Shown here piece after piece: positions 20,080 to 29,113 of a stretch of DNA of 64,000 nucleotides. A program made the translations under genes and the position numbers. This DNA comes from an uncultured Spirochaetales bacterium (GTDB taxonomy: Bacteria; Spirochaetota; Spirochaetia; DSM-27196; CAZFLD01): positions 825 through 64,824 of the forward strand of contig CAZFLD010000016.1 of assembly GCA_964519835.1 (NCBI GenBank). Direction: 5' to 3'. The notes under the pieces are model-generated. The model searched no databases. It was not told the DNA's origin and saw only the letters and a program-made list of their open reading frames with translations. The number at the start of each line of letters is the position of its first letter. The stretch's first letter is position 1.

Positions 20080-21366
20080 GAGCCTCCGGTCCCGGTCACG
20101 CACCGCCGGAAAAAAGGTTGCCACAAACAGGACTTGAAGCACGGCGGGCACCACAAAGGCCGCCGTGAGTCCCGCGTACTCGGCTAAGAACCCTACAAAC
20201 CACTGAAAGAGTCCCGCCCCGATTGCTGCACCGATCGCCATCACCGCCGTAATGGTTCCCGCACGCTCAGGATCTCCGGCATTGAGCTCGCCCATGATAT
20301 TCGGAAACACTCCGGACAGGCACAGACCTATCCAACCCAAGCATAGGTAGGCGGCCGGCGCGGCCTCTGCAAACAAAAAGACAACAACACCCGCGGCTCC
20401 CGTCAAACCCGAAACCGCAACCAAGAGCCGGCTCGAATAGCGTTCGCCCAATCGGCTGTGTAGGAATCGGCCGATCATCATACAGACCCAGAGTATCGAT
20501 AGGCCGCCCGACGCCATGGCGGGACTCAACGACAGCCGACGTTCAAGGTAGTACACAACCCAGCTCGAGATACCGACTTCGGCGCCAACATAGAGCAGGA
20601 GGCTGACACCTCCCAACAGCACATAGCGTCGTTTTAGGACGACAAAAACACGGCCTAAGGCGCCGAGCTGTCGAGCCGCATCCCGGCCGCCCCCGCCGCC
20701 GCCGGCGGTCTGAACACGTGAACCATCTTTCTGAAAACCCGCGGCGGCGGTTTGCCGTAGGACGTCGTCTTGCTTCCTCGGAAAGCGGACCGAGAGGCCG
20801 GCGGCGAGTAATATGCCGGTGGGTATGACGGCGAAAAGCGGAATTGGTCGCCAGGCTCCGGTATGTTCGATGTAGATGCCGATCAATAACGGGCCGATAA
20901 ATGCGCCTACGCTAAAAAACATGTGAACGAGGTTCATAACCGCGTGGGGCTTGCGCCCGTCCTGTAGCAGCGTCGGCAGGACATTGGCACTTGTCTCCAC
21001 AAACGAAGACCCAAAGTGCATAATAAAGTTGGCGGCAATGGCCACCACAAAGGCCGGCGCCAGGCCGAACAACACAAGCACCGCTACCTCGACGGCAAGT
21101 CCGACAACAAGAGCGGCCCGGGCATCGATGCGATCGATAATCGTCCCGGCAAATAGCGGTCCGACCACAAAGCCCAGAGACCCCATGCCCAGGAGGATAC
21201 CGGTCACGCTCTCGCCGATCTCAAAGGTGCGCATCAGACTTGGTACCATTGGGCCGACAAGCAGCAGGATAATGCCATGTTGAGCCATCGCGGCGTAGTT
21301 CAGCGCGACTACGGACTTATTCACCGGGGCCGCTCCGGGGGCTTGATCCTTGACTATCGCGCTCAA
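20059..21366 (-). CDS. MFS transporter (FucP/TsgA-like)
   Basis: About 12 hydrophobic segments; MNLVHMFFSVGAFIGP and LYVGAEVGISSW. Start is TTG 21366 or GTG 21324. Confidence 0.88.
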   Translation of the reverse strand: MSAIVKDQAPGAAPVNKSVVALNYAAMAQHGIILLLVGPMVPSLMRTFEIGESVTGILLGMGSLGFVVGPLFAGTIIDRIDARAALVVGLAVEVAVLVLFGLAPAFVVAIAANFIMHFGSSFVETSANVLPTLLQDGRKPHAVMNLVHMFFSVGAFIGPLLIGIYIEHTGAWRPIPLFAVIPTGILLAAGLSVRFPRKQDDVLRQTAAAGFQKDGSRVQTAGGGGGGRDAARQLGALGRVFVVLKRRYVLLGGVSLLLYVGAEVGISSWVVYYLERRLSLSPAMASGGLSILWVCMMIGRFLHSRLGERYSSRLLVAVSGLTGAAGVVVFLFAEAAPAAYLCLGWIGLCLSGVFPNIMGELNAGDPERAGTITAVMAIGAAIGAGLFQWFVGFLAEYAGLTAAFVVPAVLQVLFVATFFPAVRDRDRRLLSPKEE

Positions 21367-21521
21367 GGTTTGTAAGAACTACCACATTGGCGAGTGTAGC
21401 CTGTCGGCCACGCGGAGACAAACGCCGCCGCGGGCACGGCGACACTGCGAACGCACGTCGGACGGCGGACGCAAACGGCACGGTGGACACCAACCGGGCT
21501 GCGGATGGAAGCGACAAAACG

Positions 21522-23849
21522 ATGACAACAAAAAAGACGATTCTACTGGTCGAAGATGAGGCTATTGTCGCGCTCAACGAGAAGGCGATTCTTGAACGGG
21601 CGGACTATTCGGTCGAGGCCACGTCCACAGGCGAGGCTGCGGTTGCCCTAATGGAGCACCGGACCGATATCGACCTTATTCTCATGGACATCGACCTGGG
21701 CACCGGGATCGACGGTACGCAGGCTGCGGCGGCGATACTTCTGGTGCGTGATCTCCCCATTGTGTTTCTGACCTCCCATTCGGAGAAAGACATGGTCGAT
21801 AGGGCAAAAGGCATTACCCGCTACGGGTATGTTCTCAAGAGCTCCGGTGAGTTTGTGCTCCTCGAGTCCGTTGCCATGGCATTCGAGCTCCACGCGGCCC
21901 ATGCGCGACACCGTGCCGCCGAGGCGCGATACGCCCGGATCGCCGAACAGAGTACCGACGGCGCGGACATGGTCGATGGCGTCAGTCTCACCTACGCATC
22001 GCCGGATAGCCGTGCGGGCCGTTTTCCCGATCAGGTTTACCGGCAAGTGATAGACGGCAGCCCGATCCTATTCGGCATAAGCCGCCTGGATGACGGCGTG
22101 TACACCGAAGTCAACGACCAGTTTGTCGCTACCACCGGCTATTCACGAGCGGAGTTGGTTGGATCGAGCTCCGCCGATCTAGGGCTGATTGACGCGCACC
22201 TTCGAAAACAGCTGGAGCTCGAGCTTGTCGAGACCGGCCGTGTCCACCACGCCGAGGTCAACCTCCGGACCAAGGACGGCGGTATCCGGCCCTGCTTGCT
22301 CTTTGTGGACCTGGTCGACAATCGAGGTGATGCCCTTGTTCTTACTAGCGCTGTAGACCTCACGGAGCAAAAGGCCGCGGAAGCCGCCGCCGGCGCCAAT
22401 GATCGCGCTCTGCGTGCCATGTTCGAGTTCGCGAACGTTGGTATGGCGGTAACAAAGCCCGACGGCACGATCCTTCGGACCAATGCCGAGTTTCAACGGA
22501 TGCTTGGCTGTGAAGACCACGAGCTTGTTGGGCGCAGTGTGCAGGAGATCACGTTGGAGGAGGACTGGCAGGTCGAGGTGGAGCGAACCCACGCGGTGAT
22601 GCGCGGCGAGCTTGACTCCGTCAGTTTTTACAAACGATACCGTAGGAAGGACGGCAGCCTCGCTCACGCGCGAGTCCACGTCTACGTCATCCGGGACTCG
22701 GAATCGGCGGTGCATACCGTGTTCGGCATCGTGGAGACGGTTGCGGAGTTCCCGCGCACTCAGGCGGCGGACGGTGATTCCCACTATCTCAAGACCGAGT
22801 TGTACTCTCTTATCCAAAAGGACCCGGCCGTATTCGAGTTCCTGCAGGAGGGGTTTCTCGACGGTGTATGGTATTGGGACCTGGAAAACAGGGAGAATGA
22901 GTGGTTGAGCCCCGGATTCTGGGAGCTTTTTGGATACGATCCCAAGGAGATGCGACATACCCCCGCGGAGTGGCAGAGGCTAATATTCGCGGAGGACCGG
23001 AACGTGATTCTTGAGTGCGCTTCTGCGCACATCGACGACCCACGAAGCCCCTTCGAGGGTGTCGTACGTTACCGTCACAAAGACGGTTCCACGGTCTGGG
23101 TTCAGGTTCGTGGCTTGGCCGTGCGGGACGGCCGTGGCAAGGCCATTCGCTTCCTTGGTGCCCACATCGACGTGACCGCGATAAAGCGGGCGGAAGAAGA
23201 TCTCCGACGCCACCTCGATGAAAAAAACGACCTCATGCGTGAGTTAAACCACCGTGTGAAAAACAACCTTGCGATGGTTTCCGCGCTTATCACCCTCAAA
23301 AACCAGTCCCTCGGTGACGCCGCCGACCTCTCGGACATCTCCGGACAGCTCAACGCCATCTTGCGATTGCACGAGCGACTCTCCTCCGAAGAGAACGGCG
23401 ATGCCGTGGACGTTTCGAGCTATCTCCGTGAGGTCGTGGAGACTGCCGTTGGCGTCTACGGCGGCAGAGTCGTACAGGATCTCGAGGTGCCCGCGCTTAT
23501 GCTGCCCTCGCGAACGGCAATCACGGTTGGTCTCCTGGTCAATGAGTTGGCCACCAATGCCGTCAAACACGGATTTGACACGACGGTGGTCAGCAAAGTG
23601 TCGCTCGTTGTTACACGGCAGGACGACAGAATCAGTTTGGAGTTCGCAAATTCCGGCGCCCCGATTCCGGACGAGATTGATGTAAAAAAACCGGAAAGCA
23701 TGGGTCTACGTCTAATCCACGCTTTGGTCGGACAGCTCGGAGGAGATCTCGAAATCCAAAAAGCGCCGGAACCGCGATTCGCCGTGCAGTTCCCGGTGCC
23801 GCCTCCGGACGGCCCCGCGGCGTCTTATCGTCACGGAGACACCAAGTGA
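21522..23849 (+). CDS. Hybrid REC-PAS(x3)-HisKA_2-HATPase histidine kinase
   Basis: ILLVEDE/LMDIDL REC, three PAS/PAC units (TKDG, RKDG, HKDG), ELNHRVKNNL and NELATNAVKH. Confidence 0.9.
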   Translation: MTTKKTILLVEDEAIVALNEKAILERADYSVEATSTGEAAVALMEHRTDIDLILMDIDLGTGIDGTQAAAAILLVRDLPIVFLTSHSEKDMVDRAKGITRYGYVLKSSGEFVLLESVAMAFELHAAHARHRAAEARYARIAEQSTDGADMVDGVSLTYASPDSRAGRFPDQVYRQVIDGSPILFGISRLDDGVYTEVNDQFVATTGYSRAELVGSSSADLGLIDAHLRKQLELELVETGRVHHAEVNLRTKDGGIRPCLLFVDLVDNRGDALVLTSAVDLTEQKAAEAAAGANDRALRAMFEFANVGMAVTKPDGTILRTNAEFQRMLGCEDHELVGRSVQEITLEEDWQVEVERTHAVMRGELDSVSFYKRYRRKDGSLAHARVHVYVIRDSESAVHTVFGIVETVAEFPRTQAADGDSHYLKTELYSLIQKDPAVFEFLQEGFLDGVWYWDLENRENEWLSPGFWELFGYDPKEMRHTPAEWQRLIFAEDRNVILECASAHIDDPRSPFEGVVRYRHKDGSTVWVQVRGLAVRDGRGKAIRFLGAHIDVTAIKRAEEDLRRHLDEKNDLMRELNHRVKNNLAMVSALITLKNQSLGDAADLSDISGQLNAILRLHERLSSEENGDAVDVSSYLREVVETAVGVYGGRVVQDLEVPALMLPSRTAITVGLLVNELATNAVKHGFDTTVVSKVSLVVTRQDDRISLEFANSGAPIPDEIDVKKPESMGLRLIHALVGQLGGDLEIQKAPEPRFAVQFPVPPPDGPAASYRHGDTK

Positions 23850-23928
23850 GGCGCCCCACCAAGCGTATAGACGAACAAAGGGCCGGCCCGGTGTCGGTTT
23901 GTGAGCCCCCTCGAGCCCGCCGGCTTAA

Positions 23929-24843
23929 TCACCTGAGGCGCTCCACGGCGAGTTCCTGTAAGCTCTCTCGGACATCGTCCATCGATTGAAGGTACAGGAG
24001 CCCCGCCCCTTCGAGGTCTTCTACCATCGGCTCGGGCATGCGGCCCCCGAAGTACACGGGAATGGTATCGGCGGTCAACGATCTGAGTCGACCGGCGGCG
24101 TCCACGGCATCAAAGTCATAGAGGTCGCTATTGAGCACGATTACGTAGGCCTTTGGGTCAACTTCTTCTCCGACGTCCGCGACCTCTTCGGGCAGAATGC
24201 AGGTTCCAACGACAATTGGATTCCAGCCGGCTGCATGGGCGTGAACGGCCGATGTAACAAGACCGATGTCCTGCCCGTCACCCAAGGGCGAGAGGAGCAG
24301 GGCGTTGGGTCGCTTGCCCGCACCGTCCGTAGGTACGAGCAGCTTCGAGAGGAGCGTCCGAAGGGAGAATGCCAGAAACTGCCGGTGAATCTGCCGCAAT
24401 GAGCCTTCCTTTACCAACTCGTGAACTCGGTGTTGAAGCGGGAAGACAATCTTATCGGCGATCTCCAGGCGGCCGAGGCTTGCCGTAACCGTTTCCAGGT
24501 GCCGGTATAGCAAGCCGTAGTCGAGGCGCTCGATGGCTGCAATCGCGCGCGCGTCCGGTCCGGTCTTGGCGGAGCGCAGCCGCGCGTTGGTCTGTGCGGC
24601 GTCTTCCTCACGCGCCATCCCATAAAGCTGCTCCAAGGTGAGGTCGACAATCTGGCCGATTCTGTATCCCGCGCTGATAAGTTGTGAGAACAGAGACAAG
24701 CGATTGGTCAACTCCGCGGAGTAACACCGGCGGCCTATCTCGTCCCTTTCCGGTTTAATCCCTGCGTAACGCCGTTCCCACGCCCGGAGCGTCGCTTCGG
24801 TAATACCGGTACGGCGGGCGACGACCTTAATTGGATACGACAT
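23929..24843 (-). CDS. MerR-family regulator with CarH/LitR-like architecture and degenerate B12-binding motifs
   Basis: YPIKVVARRTG..TLRAWERRY HTH, four-helix cap and Rossmann domain ending FGG; ATG at 24843. Confidence 0.85.
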   Translation of the reverse strand: MSYPIKVVARRTGITEATLRAWERRYAGIKPERDEIGRRCYSAELTNRLSLFSQLISAGYRIGQIVDLTLEQLYGMAREEDAAQTNARLRSAKTGPDARAIAAIERLDYGLLYRHLETVTASLGRLEIADKIVFPLQHRVHELVKEGSLRQIHRQFLAFSLRTLLSKLLVPTDGAGKRPNALLLSPLGDGQDIGLVTSAVHAHAAGWNPIVVGTCILPEEVADVGEEVDPKAYVIVLNSDLYDFDAVDAAGRLRSLTADTIPVYFGGRMPEPMVEDLEGAGLLYLQSMDDVRESLQELAVERLR

Positions 24844-24893
24844 CTCCCGGATACTATAATAAAAACCCGGCGCCTTGGTCTGTAGCAGTGGCC

Positions 24894-24927
24894 CCTGACC
24901 GTCCGGCTGCTCCTGACCGTCCGGCTG
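24894..24927. repeat. Direct repeat CCTGACCGTCCGGCTG x2 (18-bp period)
   Basis: Copies at 24894-24909 and 24912-24927, upstream of the MerR gene. Confidence 0.85.
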
Positions 24928-24989
24928 GCCCCGGTTGCCCGGCCGCCTCGGCTCGATTGATGTTGCGCGGCAGGTGGATCCCAAACGCG

Positions 24990-25260
24990 CCGGGGCCGGG
25001 AGGACCCCGCAGAGCCGGTTCGGTACGTCACAAACGGCTCAAAGATCCGGTCTTGGAGCTCCTCGGGCCTGCCGAATCCTTCATCGCGGACGGCGATGAT
25101 TATCTCATCGCGAGAGTGGTCGTAAGGGTACTGCACCCGCAGCTCGTTGTGACCGAACAGCCGGCCGATCCGCTCGACCCACTCTCCAGCGAAGCAAACA
25201 CCCACAGATACCACTTGAAGGTCGACTTGCTCTTGGTGGTCTCGAAGACATTCCACCTCG
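24990..25260 (-). pseudogene. Histidine kinase C-terminal remnant
   Basis: IIIAVRDEGFGRPEELQDRIFEPFVTY (G1 and F boxes) without H or N boxes. Confidence 0.65.
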
Positions 25261-25395
25261 TCTCATCGGCTCGCCCGGGACGCATGGGCGAGCAGGCCGC
25301 GTCGCGGCCGACCAGCCACCACGAGCTACCGCGTCACTATGGCGACTCTTCCAGTAGGCGATATCGACCTTCAGCTCTATGGGAGAAACGAACGT

Positions 25396-27031
25396 TTACA
25401 ACTCGGTCGGCACATCAACCACCGCACGCGTACCGCCTTCGGTGACGATGGACACGGTCCCTCCAAGCTGTGCGGCAAGTGCCTCAACAATAGTAAGTCC
25501 CATACCGCCGCTCGACCCGGGGCCTTCTTCGGCTTCTACCGCCGGAAACCCAACGCCATTGTCGGAGACCGTGAGCCTGAGCGTGTTCGCATCAGTGATG
25601 CTCTGAAGCTCAACAAGAATCGATCCTGTCCTGCCCGCGGGAAAGGCGTGCTTGAACGCATTCGATGTAAGCTCGGTCACGATGAGCGCAAGCGGTACGG
25701 CTCGGGACAACGTCAGGGTAATCGCATCCGCATGGTTGGTAACAACAATTCTCCGTTCACCGGCATCATGAGAGCCGGCAAGCATGGCAAGAAGGTCATT
25801 CACATAGTGGTGAAACGGTACCCCGTCAAAGTTCGCTGAATCATAGAGCAACGAATGCACCAGACTCATGCTGTCGATTCGCAGCCGCGAGGTACTGAGC
25901 ACGTCGCGGAGACTCGGGTCCTCAATGAGCTCGCCCTGCAGGCTCAACATGCTGGAAATCACCTGCAGGTTGTTCTTCACCCGGTGGTGGACTTCGGCGA
26001 GGAGAACCTCCCTCTCCCGAACCGACCGGCGCAAGCTCTCCGCTGAGTGCTTGAGATCAGAGATGTCGGTCACCACGCCAAAGCTCCCCTGGAATGCACC
26101 GTCGGGTCCAAGGTGTGCCCGTTCGTCGCCGCTCTATCTCACGCTCAAACACCGGGATTGCCTGGTCAGCCAAAAGGCTCCGGGAGCTGACTCCGATGAC
26201 CGAACTTGGATCCCGACCGACCATGGTGCAAAACGCCTCGTTGGCGTACTGGATGCGCTCGGCATCGTCGAGTACCACAAACCCCTCGAGCATTGTGTCC
26301 ACCAGATCGCGGTATCGCCGCTCGGCCACTACACGTCCCACATCCGCTTGCTTCCTCAGACGCGTCAGCCGGTATCGACTAAGAATCTGGAACCCTGCGA
26401 CGGCGGCCATCACGAGGAGTGCAATCGCGGCGACTGCAGTCACCGACCGAGTAAGCCGATCCACGGTCGCCTCTGCGCCCTGCAGATAGATCCCGGTCCC
26501 TACAATCCATCCCCACGGTTCATAGAGCTGCACATACGAGCGTTTGGGGACAACCAGGCTCTTATCATCGTGCCACTGCCACAGGTACTCAACAAAGCCC
26601 GCACCGTGGTCGTCCACCGTTCTCACCATTTCGACGAAAACCCGAACGCCGCTCGGATCCCGGTAGTCGCCAACATCGGTGCCCTCCAGGTCCGGACGGT
26701 AAGGATGCATCAAGAGGTAGGGGCGCAGATCGTTGATCCAGAAGTACTCCCGACCGTCGGCGCCATACCGAATTCGACGCACATTGGCAAGCGCGCTCGA
26801 CTTCGCCTGCTTTTCTGAAACCAGGCCGCTGTGCGCCTGCTCATGGTGCGCATCCAGCGTCTGCACGACTACGGACGTGAGCTCAACAACCGTCTGTTCC
26901 TGCTGGGAGAGCACCACGTCATGGGTGCGGGGAAGCACCACCACATACATTGCGGCGGCAAACAGGATCAACCCAATCGCTGGAGGAACGAATGCGCGGA
27001 TAACGCTGCGGACGGATCCTGAGTGTCTCAA
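25396..27031 (-). pseudogene. sCache_2-PAS-HisKA_2 sensor kinase split by a frameshifting deletion inside the PAS domain (about 26110)
   Basis: Cache motifs YFWIND…LMHPYRPDLEG…WGWIVGTGIY. The PAS start is followed, in another frame, by DGAFQGSFGVVTDIS…EVHHRVKNNLQ…DNGVG. Confidence 0.85.
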
Positions 27032-27121
27032 GGCAACATTCTACGACTCGCCCCGCGCGAACACAAGACACCGCGGTGCTCCTGTTCCCCGCCGGCTGAC
27101 GGTTCCTGAATTGGCGCAAAC

Positions 27122-27996
27122 TTACCGATACTGATCTCCGTCGATAGACAGAAAGTTTTTCTCGCGGGTTGCATGGGCGAGCAATAAGCGCCGGCGAAAC
27201 GCTTCCGATACCCCAGTGCCTTTCATAGGTAGATAGGGGGCTCGGGATGCGAGGAACACCTCCCTGTGGCGCGAGCAGGCCCTGCGCGGCTCTCGCAAGT
27301 ACCGGTACAGCGCCGTTGCCGCAAGATCGGTGAGCGGGAGTATACGCGTATTCTTGTTCTTGCGCTGCAAGACGCGAATGCAGCGTGAGCGCCGGAAAAT
27401 GTCGTCGAGAGAGAGGGAGACGATCTTCGAAGAGCGAAGTCCGTATTAAGCCTAAGCCATGAGAGTAAAAATCGTGTAGTCTCTTAAACCGCTACGACCG
27501 GCTCGTTCAACGGATTCGAGAAATGCTTTCACGACATCCCAGGGCAGAGCCCGTGGGGGCTTCTCCAAGCGATAGACTTGGGGAGTGTCAATTTCGATTT
27601 GTAGCGTCGGCGGCAGGTGCTCCGAGAGCTCCAGAAATCGCAGGAATCCGCGAACGTGAGCTACCACGTGCTGCATGGAGCCTCGGGACCTGATGGAGCT
27701 GCTATCGTCGATAAAATGTTGGACCGCCGTGCTCTTGATCTGTGTGACCTCAAATCCATCAGGAGTGCAGGAAAGATGATTGACAAAACAGCTACGGCGG
27801 TGAGCTCATGGAGTTTGCACCGGGAGTGACCCTGAAAGAAACGGTCGACGTTTCCAAGCAGACTCAGATAGTACCTTCGGGTCAACAACGCATAGCCACG
27901 CTGTGCCAGCCAATCGTCAAATCCGTCGAGAACGGATCCGAGAAACGGTAGGGAGCGGTAATACCCGCACTTTCTGGGACGTAACTCTTCCAGCAT
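27122..27996 (-). mobile_element. Decayed tyrosine recombinase (RitA-like first integrase of a RIT element)
   Basis: Fragments LGSVLDGFDDWLAQRGY, VRGFLRFL, PRALPWDVV…GLRDYTIFTLMA*A*YGLRSSKIVSLSLDDI and QRKNKNTRILPL; stops and frameshifts; the HxxR/Y end is missing. Confidence 0.85.
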
Positions 27997-28047
27997 CGTA
28001 TCCTCCTGTCCTATTCCAGTATTGATACGACAATACGATGCCATAGA

Positions 28048-28129
28048 TTATGTGAAGCGATCTCGCAGTAAATATCGAAGGATTCGCTACTTACAATTCC
28101 AACTCCACATTACGAAACACTTCACATTA
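28048..28129. repeat. Probable RIT-element end: CTCCACATTA (28103) and CTTCACATTA (28120) direct repeats plus inverted TTATGTGAAG (28048)
   Basis: Three related 10-bp sites upstream of the integrase remnant; the outer site coincides with the break in the ExeA-like fragment. Confidence 0.65.
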
Positions 28130-28130
28130 A

Positions 28131-28500
28131 TCGACAAATGTTGAGCTCAACATTTCTCGACGACGCCCAAGATGTAGCCGAAGAGGCATTGTTGGCACTC
28201 AAGACACTGACGAACTTTGACTCTCTCCGCGCCTGCATTCGCCTCTCTCACCACATTTCTCCGATGAGTCTCGAGGAGACCGCCTCCTACATCGACCACG
28301 GTCTCGAAGTTGCCCATCGAAAAGAGAAACTCTTCTCGGACGCGACGAAGACGGAAATCTTCAAGCGTACCAACGCCGTCGCCAGACAGGTAAACCGAAT
28401 CTGCTACAATGCCATCGTTGCCGGAACAATCGAGCACAAGGACCTTATCGACTCAACCGACCTGCCTGCCGATGGCTACGACCGGAAATCCATTCCGTCA
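28131..28500 (+). pseudogene. C-terminal fragment of an ExeA/TniB-like AAA ATPase from a transposon
   Basis: IRLSHHISPMSLEETASYIDHGL…LFSD…IFKRTNAVARQVNRIC; no Walker A or B motif. Confidence 0.75.
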
Positions 28501-28544
28501 AGTTGGGGAAACCGTACGTGGCACGTCGTGGAACGTCCTGCCGA

Positions 28545-28904
28545 CGGGAATCCGCTCCGTATCGTGGCCCTTGACGATGTAATCCATGGCGCCGGAGCGC
28601 ATACAACTGACCGCCGTAGCTGTTTCGTTTGCACCGGTTACAACGATGATTTGAGTCTGTGGCACGTTTTCCCGGATCCAGGGAAGAAGGGCCACCCCGG
28701 ACTCGTCCCGAAGGATCAGGTCCAGGAGCACCACAGCCACGTCTTTGGCGATGAGCACCGACGGCATCGCATCGGCGGTGGCGGCAAGCTCAACATTGGT
28801 AAACCCGTTAATAAAAAGACCGTTTTTTTACCCGCAAGAACGGACTCATTGTCGTCGACAATAAGGATTCGGTCCGAATCGTGTTGATTTATGCTCTGCC
28901 ACAT
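28545..28904 (-). pseudogene. NtrC-type response regulator receiver, frameshifted and truncated
   Basis: RILIVDDNES, then after a frameshift VVLLDLIL…IIVVTG…TAVSCMRSGAMDYIVK. Confidence 0.8.
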
Positions 28905-29113
28905 GGCATAGCAGAGTTACCGAGGGAAAACAAGACCTGATGTAAACCTTTTGTATAGCACCTGACCACGGCGTGGTCACCTGCTTAACAATTTGTTACT
29001 CCCGGTGCTGGTGTCCGACGGGCTTTGTTCCATCGGCCGTGTTGTGATACTCGTTAAGTTTCTAAATAGTATAGAGTTAAAACAAAACAACCGCCGAATG
29101 TGTATAGTGTCTA

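Noticed and set aside
28138-28887. 249-aa ORF as a real gene
   Set aside because: It is a chimera of an ExeA fragment and the antisense of a response-regulator remnant.
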